Assembly (NCBI GenBank): GCA_013239625.1
Contig: MU054338.1
Span: 6,860,724 to 6,924,723 of the forward strand
Source of the DNA: Lama guanicoe
Lineage: Eukaryota
DNA: 64,000 bases
Direction: 5' to 3'
Both the position numbers and the translations under genes were made by a program. Shown in pieces: positions 12,101 to 21,100 of the stretch (position 1 is its first letter; every line of letters begins with the position of its first letter). The notes below the pieces were generated by a model, which saw nothing but the letters and a program-made list of their open reading frames with translations, was not told the origin of the DNA and made no database searches.

Positions 12101-15100
12101 CTCACTTTGCCTCCTGCAGGGTGAGCCAGGGGAGGCTGGCGACCCAGGACCCCCAGGACCTCCAGGCATCCCTGTGAGTGACTATCCCGTGACCCTGCAC
12201 CCATCTCAGGGAACCGTGGACTCCTGGGCATCTTGGGCTACCTTGGCCTCTTGGCAGCCCTAGGTCATCCACTGACCCAGGACCTATGGGCATCCCTGGT
12301 TATTGATGACAAAGCCCTGGAAGGTGTCAGGGCTGCTGCATAGAATTATCTAGGTTGTACATTGCACAAGGGTGTGGGGCCAAGGGGGCAGGTAGGACTC
12401 AGATCTAAACCATGAGCCCTGGCTTGGGTGTAATCTGCCCAAACGGGACCCGTTTTCTGGTTCAATCCTGGGTGGCTCTTGGGCTAGACTAACCTTGCCC
12501 ATGACCTCTGGGCAACTGGATCATCCTGACCCCTAACTCCTAGATTCAATTCTAGATTCCTCTGACCTCTGACTCTTGGGTAGTCTAGGCTACTCTGACC
12601 CCTAACCCAGGAAAGTCCCAGGTCACCCAGATTCCTGAGTCCAAGTATGCTAACCCTTGACCCTGGTAAGTCCAGGCTACTCTGACCTCTGACCTCTGTT
12701 TCTGCATAGGGTCCCAAGGGAGAAATTGGTGAAAAGGGGGACTCTGGCCCATCTGGGGCTGCTGGACCCCCAGGCAAGAAAGGCCCCCCTGGAGAGGATG
12801 GAACAAAAGGGAATGTGGTAAGTCCTGGGAGACATGGAGGCAGAGATGGAGGAGGGGCACATGTGTCAACCTGCTCCCCAGTCTAGCCAGGGTCCCGTCC
12901 TCCAGTGTGCTGATTCTGTGAGCAACCCAGGACATGACTGAACGAATGAATGGCTGAGTGCAAAAAAGGAATCAATATAAAAATACAGTGGTTGTATATT
13001 ATTGCAGCAGGGGACCCTTGCTTCTGCACGGAGTCATTCTAACAATGCTGGAGAGGTCAGGGTTGAGACTGATGCTGGGTCAGAGCGGGCTAATGGGGGA
13101 TTTGCCATCAGGGTGGAGGCTGAGCCCCTTCCCCATGGAGGTGGGGCTTGGGATGGGGAGGGAGGGCAGCGAGGACCTTCAGAGTGCGAGGGACCTTGAA
13201 TCTCAGCATGCCACCACGTCCGTGTCTGCTCTCTAACTCTTTGAGGTCAGTTCTTCCTGTGAGCTAGGAGGACCAGGTGAGATGATGCATGGAATGTTCT
13301 TAGCTGACATTCAACACAAGAATGTTCCTTCTACCACAGCTGGGATTTTGTGTTGTGTTCACCAATGTATCCCCAGCAACCAGAGCTGTGCCTGGGCACG
13401 ATTCATCTGTTAAATGAATGGATGAATGCTTCATCATTCAGGGATGTGGTTATTTGTCATTCTGTGTTTCAGGGCCCCACAGGGCTCCCAGGAGACCCGG
13501 GTCCCCCTGGAGACCCTGGAGTTTCAGTGAGTATGACCCCTTCTTCCCCAAAAGCCCAGCACTTTCCCTATTCTGTCCCTCATCTCTCACCTCCCAAAAG
13601 ACCTGGGCAAGGTTGGTAGAGCAGATAACCTTCACTTTCTTCCAAGCCTCTCCCCCAAACTCCCCCAAATTCAAGCCCCCATGACTCCTCCCAACTCTGT
13701 CCCCACCACCACAGGGTCAAGATGGCTCCCCAGGGGAGAAGGGAGACCCTGGTGATGTTGGGGGACCGGTGAGTGGGTGAACAAAGGATGTTGATGCCCG
13801 AAGAGGGGGGTTGGGACTTGGGAGTGGGTGAATTGGGGTGCTGGGTGCGTGGGTTAATGAAGTATCCAGGGCCCCATAGATGCACCTGTGTTGCCTCTGT
13901 GTGGTCTCACCGTGAATGAGCAGCTTGAGGGAGGAGATGGGAGATGACTGGGGCTGGGGTGATGTTTGGGGAAGATGGTCTTCGCATCAAAGTCATCCTG
14001 AAACCATCATCCTCCACTATCCTGGTGTTTAAAATCTCCATAGGGTCCACCTGGCGCTTCTGGGGAAGCTGGCCCCCCGGGGCCCCCTGGCAAAAGGGTA
14101 AGTGATGACCTGCCTCCTGGCAGCCCTCCTCCAACTTTGTCCCACTCACTCGCAAAGACTCCCACTCATCCCCACACAGCTCCCTACTCACCCCACATGT
14201 CCCCCACAAGACCCTAATGGCCCCCCACTCACACTGTCTTTCCCTCCTCAGGGTCCTTCTGGTCGCATGGGTCGAGAAGGCAGAGAAGGGGAGAAAGGCG
14301 CAAAAGTGAGTGCCCCCGCCCACATGGGTCCTTGCCCTGACCCCTCGGCCAAAAAATGGGTGCCCCAGTTCCTTCCTCCCCCCTGATGGTCCTTGGCTGT
14401 ATATCAGGAGGCAGCCACCCCTGACTCTCTCTGCTCTCCCTGTCTTTTTCAGGGGGAACCAGGTCCTGACGGGCCCCCAGGGAGGACAGGCCCAGTAGGG
14501 GCTCGAGGGCCCCCTGGGCGTGTAGGGCCTGAGGGTCTCCCAGGGATTCCTGGTCCTGTGGTGAGTGTGGCAGGAGTGGGGACACAGGAGCAGGGGTGGG
14601 GATGGGCCCTCCCTGTGTGCTCCCACCTTGTAATTTCTCACCACTATTGGGACGAGCTGACCCTGATCGAGGTGGGGGTCTGGAAGAGTACAGCTCCCCC
14701 ATGTTCTGTTTTGCCCTAGGGTGAACCAGGCCTCCTGGGACCTCCTGGACAGTTGGGACCCCCTGGCCCCCTGGTAAGAGACTTCTTTGTCCCTAAAGTC
14801 CCAGCACTGAGAACCACACTGGGCATCTAGTGACCACATAGTGGCCATGGGTGTTGATGCTCATTGACTATCCATCTGATGGTCCACCCTGATCATCTGA
14901 ACCAACTATCTCTTCTGACTACTCATCCTAATGGTCTACACTAATCATCTACACTGACCCTCTGTCTTGATAGTCTACACTGGCCCTCCATTTTGGTGGT
15001 CTACATTGACCAAACTGACCATCTAGCCTGATAGTCTACACTGACCGCCCACACTAATGTTGACCCCTGCCACTCATATAGGCCATCCTCCAATAAACTC

Positions 15101-18100
15101 CTTCATTCATCTCTCATCATCCATCCTCCCTCTTGACCATTCCCTTGACCACATCCCTGGTAAGTCCATTTGAAATCTGGATAATTTCCCATTTGATCAT
15201 CTCCCAGGCACTCACATAGACCTTGAGGCTTCATGTTGGAGACTCACCAACTGACCCTAACTCTCTTTTCAGGGGCCGTCTGGCCTTCCAGGGCTGAAGG
15301 GAGATGCTGGCCCCAAGGGGGAAAAGGCAAGGATACCTCCTTCCATTATTCTCCTCCCACATTTACCTCCTTTTCCTCCACCTTTACCTCCCTCCCTAGC
15401 CAGAGGGCTAGGAGATTGGAGTCTCCTCTTATCCCAAACTCACTACCCCAAAGCTCTAGGAGAAAAGTTCCCTGCCCCCCCTTCTCTTTTGAGACTCTTT
15501 TTATGACCCTTTTGTCCTCCAGGGCCACATCGGATTAATTGGCCTCGTTGGCCCCCCTGGGGAGGCTGGTGAGAAAGGGGATCGGGGGTTGCCAGGAGTG
15601 CAGGGCCCCCCTGGCCTCCAGGGAGAACCTGTGAGTGTGTGTCCTGCTCTGAGTGGGAAGAATGTGTTCAAAGGAAAGGGTGGGTGGAAAGGCAGAACTG
15701 GGGCTTATATGGAGACTGTGGGTGTGGGGATTTGGGAAGCCTGCATCTTGAATAATAGGGGTTGTATCTGGGGAAAATGGGGGGCTCTCTCTGGAGACTT
15801 GAAGGTTGAAGGCTGTGTCTGGGGTTTGGGGTCTTCTTTTGAGAGGACTGGAGGCTTGCTTGGGGGATGTGTCTGAACCAAAGGGATGAACCCCATCAGT
15901 GATGGCTTGGATGTCCTTTCTCCAGGGCTCTCCTGGTCCCATCGGCTCTCTGGGCCACCCTGGGCCCCCAGGTGTGGCGGTGAGTATGTGGGGTTTGTAG
16001 GGTGGAGACACCTTGTTGGGCCAGCCAGGACTCAAGCTCTCACTGTCTACCCGACAGGGTCCTCTAGGACAGAAGGGCTCAAAGGGGTCCCCGGTGAGTA
16101 CTCATCATTCCCTTGGGCTCCCACATCCCAGCTCCCCACCCCCCTTCACTGCACCAGAATCCTCAGTGCCTTTGCATTCATTTATTTATTTATTCAATCA
16201 GTCAGACATCCAACAAATATTTATTCAACATCTACCATTGTATTTTATCAAATCTAAGATGCCATCAGTTGTAAGATGCACCATTCTTTTATAAACTGCC
16301 GTGGAAAAAAACAGTTCTTCCAAGTAAACTATGACTCACCAAAGATGTTAAGATGCTGAGTTCAAAGGTGTTAAAATATGGACAGAAAATGTGCATTGTA
16401 TGCTTGGTGCTGAAAACTCCTTCCCCCAGTGCTGTGTGTGTGTATGTGTTGGCGGGCAGGGGTCTCCATAGACAGAGTTCACACCCAAATGACTTCTCCC
16501 TACAGGGATCCCAAGGTCCCCGTGGAGACACTGGACCCCCAGGCCCCCCAGGCCCCCCTGTGAGTTCCCCGGAGGGAGGGGCTATGTTGGACTGTCCCCC
16601 TTGAGTCCCTCAGTGCCCGGAACTGGGCGGGGCACACACCAAGTGTTCAGGGGCTGCAGGTGGGGAGGGAGGTGGCTCAAAAGTGGAAGGGGGATCTGGG
16701 CTGTGAGGGGCTGGTTAGAGGGGACATCCATGAGGGCTCTGACTGGGTCTTGTCTCTGCATCTCTCCTGGCCTTTCTCTGTCTCTATGGCAAACACTTGT
16801 TTCACTATTTTGTCTGTTTCTTTTTTCTGGGCTCTCTCTCCCCCCTTTGCCTCACTTTATGATTCTTTTTTTTTCCCTTTGTTCTAACCACTTCGGCCTC
16901 TCCGCATCTCTGAACCGTTCTGTCTCCTTGTGTCTCTGTGTCTCTGACTGTCTATCTTCCGCTGTTCCTGTCTGGATCTCTCCCTCCCTTTTCCTCTCCC
17001 TGGACCCCTGTATCCTCTGCTTCCCCCGTCGCTCATTTCTGCCTGCCTCTTTCCGCATCTCTTCCTCCTGCGTGTCTGCGCGGCTCCTCTCCTCCGTCCC
17101 CACCGCTGCCCAGGGTCCCTCTGCCGAGCTACACGGGCTGCGCCGGCGCCGGCGCTCGATCCCGGGACCGGGGGCCCTGGAGGACGGCCTGGAGGAGGTG
17201 CTGGCTTCGCTCACGTCTCTGAGCATCGAGCTGGAGCAAATGCGGCGCCCTCCAGGCACCGCGGAGCGCCCGGGCCTGGTGTGCGGCGAGCTGCACCGCA
17301 ACCACCCGCACCTGCCCGACGGTGAGGCCCCGCCCCTGCCCCGGCGGGCGGGGAGCCCCTGGGGTCCGCCCCGGCTCATCCGCCCGGCCTGGCTCTGCGG
17401 CAGGGGAATACTGGATTGACCCCAATCAGGGCTGCGCACGGGACGCGATCAGGGTTTTCTGCAACTTCACGGCGGGAGGAGAGACCTGCCTCTACCCGGA
17501 CAAGAAGTTTGAGACCGTGAGTGCCTCTGGGGAGATCGGTGGAGGGAAGAAAAGGACTCTGGAAGCCATTTCATTCATTCCCTGCCCCCACGGCCAACAC
17601 ACACCAGGAGATGCCTGGGACTTTATCTTTCCTTCAGCCAACATCTATTGAGCACCTACCGTATGCCTAGTCCTGTGAAGTGCTGGCGCTACGGCAGGGA
17701 ATCGAAAAGAGGAAACACCTCTTTGCTTTTACGGAACTCGTTTTCTGTGGAGCATGACATAAGACAATCTAGTAAAGAAATCAGTAATGGCGAGGAATCC
17801 TTAAATAGTGCTCACGCGTACCAGACCTAAGCTCTTGACTGCATTAACTATTGAACCCCAAGCACTCATTTTGGCAGTTTCATCGTCATTCCCCAGGCAG
17901 GGAACCTGAGGCACAGAGAGGTGGCAAGTTATCCATGGCAGTTTGGTTCTTGTCCCAGCCCTTAACCACCCATCCATACTGCCTCCTAACTTTATAGGCC
18001 CTGTAGGCTTACTGCCCTCCAGGCTGTGGGCTGGAAGGTGAGACCACTTGGTCCCCCAGAAATCCTGGGGTTCTCCATCAGTGAGCCCTGAGCCTAACAG

Positions 18101-21100
18101 CCTCTGACAACAAGCACCAGCCTTAGCAGTGGAGGGGCAGTGGGTGAGTGGTGCCACCTCTGGACCCCGGACCACCCAGGTTGGAATCCGGACCTGTCAC
18201 CTCAGTGTCTCCATTTGTAAAGTGGACCCCAAGAAAGTAGCTACCTCATGGAGTGGTTGTGCAATTGACTTACCAATGCACGTATCAGGAGACACCTATT
18301 AAATAGTGACTGTGTGCAGTGCTGTGTTAATATCCCTACTGAGTGTAAAATAGGCAGTGAGCACAGGGTTTGCACAAGCACACAACAGCATTCTTATTTA
18401 TTATTATTTTTGTCTGGTCAGAGCCTTGGTTTAGTGGGAGCTTAGATCCCCCAGTGGATGCAAATTCACACAAGCTCAGACACCACCCCCACCTCCACTT
18501 GTGGGGGCTGGAGTGCAGGACTTGATCTCTAAACAGTTGCTCTCACCAGCTCGCCTTCCTCCTGCCCAGAGAGAGGCTGGAGAGGGGAGTGAGGAACAAT
18601 AATCTTGGTTAGGTTTCTCCAGACATGGACCCTAAGATGAGGGTTTGACAAGGGCAAGTTTATTTAGGAGGTGATCCCAGGAGGGGGACATGAGAGGGAC
18701 CAGGGGGAGGCAGCCAGAAAGGGGTGTGTTGTTAAAACATCACCATTGGACACTCAAGGCTCAGTTGCACTGGGGGCTTCTGGGAGACAGCATAGGGAAG
18801 GCTCCTGGGAGTTTTCCCATCTTGGGAGAGGGAGCTGGGGCATTTATCCACTAACTCTTGTCAGTCATCAGTGGAGGCTGCCTCAGATGGTGGGAACCCC
18901 CAGCCCCTTGGGTCTGTCCTGTGCACCAGCCAACCCCAGTCTCATGGCCAGGGAACAGCCTAAGAGCCTTGGATATTTACAGTCAGGGAGGTAAATGCAG
19001 AGAGGACTTTGTGGGCACCCAGGGTGTCTGATACAATGCCTTCTCTCCCTCCCCAGGTGAAACTAGCCTCCTGGTCCAAAGAAAAGCCAGGAAACTGGTA
19101 TAGCACGTTCCGTCGAGGGAAGAAGGTGAGTTGCCAGAGGCCAGAGGTGAGGATGGTATAAAAATTGGTGGGAACCAGCATGGGGAATTGGAGGAGGTGA
19201 GATGAACAGGATACACTCACCTCTGCCTTCATGGTGATCACAGGCTGGAAGTGGGGTGTGTGTGACAGCATCAGATGTGTGATGCAGGAAACAGAGCGTA
19301 ATGATAATCCAGAGGCAGTGCTAGAAGGACTTGAAGGCCTCCTGGTAGAAGTCACAGCTTAGCTGAAGCCTAAAGAATGAATCAGATTCCAAATCTGGGA
19401 GGACCAGGAAAAGTGTTCCAGGCAGATGGAACAGCATATACAAAGGCCTAGAGTCAAGAGAGAGTCTGGTAAATTTAAAGAAGAAAAAGTGATTTGTTCT
19501 GCTCTAGAAAGCGTGAGAGGGAATGTGATAGGAGAAGAATTTAGGGAGGTGGGTGAGAGTTAGGCCCACCTCCCCAGAAAGACTGATGGGCAATAGGGAG
19601 CCATGGAATGTTTTTAAGTGAGAGAAGGACCCAGATTAAATTTCTGTGATAGAAAAATGCCTCTGGGCTGGTGGTGGTGGTGTGGAAACTGGAGGCTGGG
19701 AGACCCAGGAGGAGACTGATGTGTTGGTCCAGGAGAGAAAAGAAGGGTCCAAGATGGAGCTGATGCAATAGGGATGGGGAGGAGGGCATGGCTTAGAATG
19801 ACATCTAAGAGGGCAAGTCAATAGGACCTAGTAATTAATGAGACTGAGCAGAGGGTGGGTGGGGAGGCAGGATTTGGGAATGATGCTGAGGTTCCTGGTC
19901 TGAAGGACTGATGTCTGGTGAGATTCTGAGATGTGTAAATGGGAAGAAGAGCAGGTTTAAGGGGTGGCATGGAACCTTCGTTTCATTTGGGACTTGTTTA
20001 TGTAACATATATGCATATGCTAAGCACTGGGAACAGCAGCAAATAAAACACAGTTCCTGACTTCATGAAGTTGATATTTTACTGGGAATATAACTAAGTA
20101 AGCAGACAGACAAAAACTAAGGAAACAAAGTTATGGTATAATGTGAGGGAGTATCTTGGTTTGGGTTCCCCTCAAGCAGACCCTGAGACAAAAACTCAAT
20201 TGTAAGTAGTTTGTCTGGGAGATGATTCCAGAAAACATCAGTGGGGGACATGAAGTGATACAAGGAAGAGAAGGAAGCTGAAAAGGAGACATCCCCAAGC
20301 TGGTTATCTCAAGCCAGCAATAAGTTAATCATATATTTTATTTAACCCAATATATCCAAAATATTGTCATGTCGATATAAAGATTATTGAGGCATTTTTC
20401 CTTATGAGTTCTTCAGAGTCTGGTGCATATTTTATATTTATAGCACATCATAATTTGGATACTAAATTTCCTTCAAAATACTTAGATTGCATAAAACCTG
20501 CAGTTGAAAAAGCAGATTCAGAGAGGGGAGGGTATAGCTCAGTGGTAGAGCACATGCTTAGCATGCATAAGTTCCTGCGTTTAATCCCCAGTACCTCCAT
20601 TAAAAAACAAATAAATAAATAAACAAAACAAATAAATAAATAAACCTAGTTACCTCCCCTGCCCCCCAAAACAAAAATAAGTAAATAAGTAAATAAAAGA
20701 AAAAGTAGATTCACACACTCCAGTTGTTCCAAACCTGTTTTCTGATAACTAGATTGAGGCTTAGTTATTGGTTGTGAATGTTAAGTTCAAAAATTAAATT
20801 AAATAATTCAATAAAAAATTAAAATTTATGTAAATAAAAACAAAATTTCTCAGTCTCATTGGCCACATTTCAGGTGCTCAATAGCCACACGTGCACAGAG
20901 GCTTGCTAGGGAACCACTGATGGCTGGATGGCTGGTGGGGCTGCTAAAGATGAGGATGGAGCAGAGGGAGCAGGTCTGCAGTGGATGGAGAGCCTGGGAG
21001 GTGGGTTCCCCAGAAAGAGTAGAGGCGAGTGGAGTATCCTCACCTCCTCTTTGTCCCACCCCCAGTTCTCCTACGTGGATGCTGATGGGTCCCCAGTGAA

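Larger units (their letters stand above)
17050..17520. promoter_or_regulatory. Intragenic CpG island over the first two C-propeptide exons
   Basis: Dense CpG and very high GC, including the 82-bp intron, in an otherwise CpG-poor gene body. Confidence 0.7.

Noticed and set aside
13907..14848. 313-aa minus-strand ORF and other antisense ORFs over COL5A3
   Set aside because: These are shadows of GC-rich collagen exons and introns with few stop codons; no recognisable domain.
20525..20600. tRNA gene (also 30479-30552 and 45800-45874)
   Set aside because: The tRNA-like head is followed by an AAAT/poly(A) tail and TSDs, and the B box and stems are degenerate; these are SINEs.
17517..21065. A second, mutually exclusive 69-bp exon like COL5A1 exon 64A/64B
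   Set aside because: Only one such exon (19057-19125) was found by eye; the flanking introns are MIR, L2, LTR and Charlie derived.
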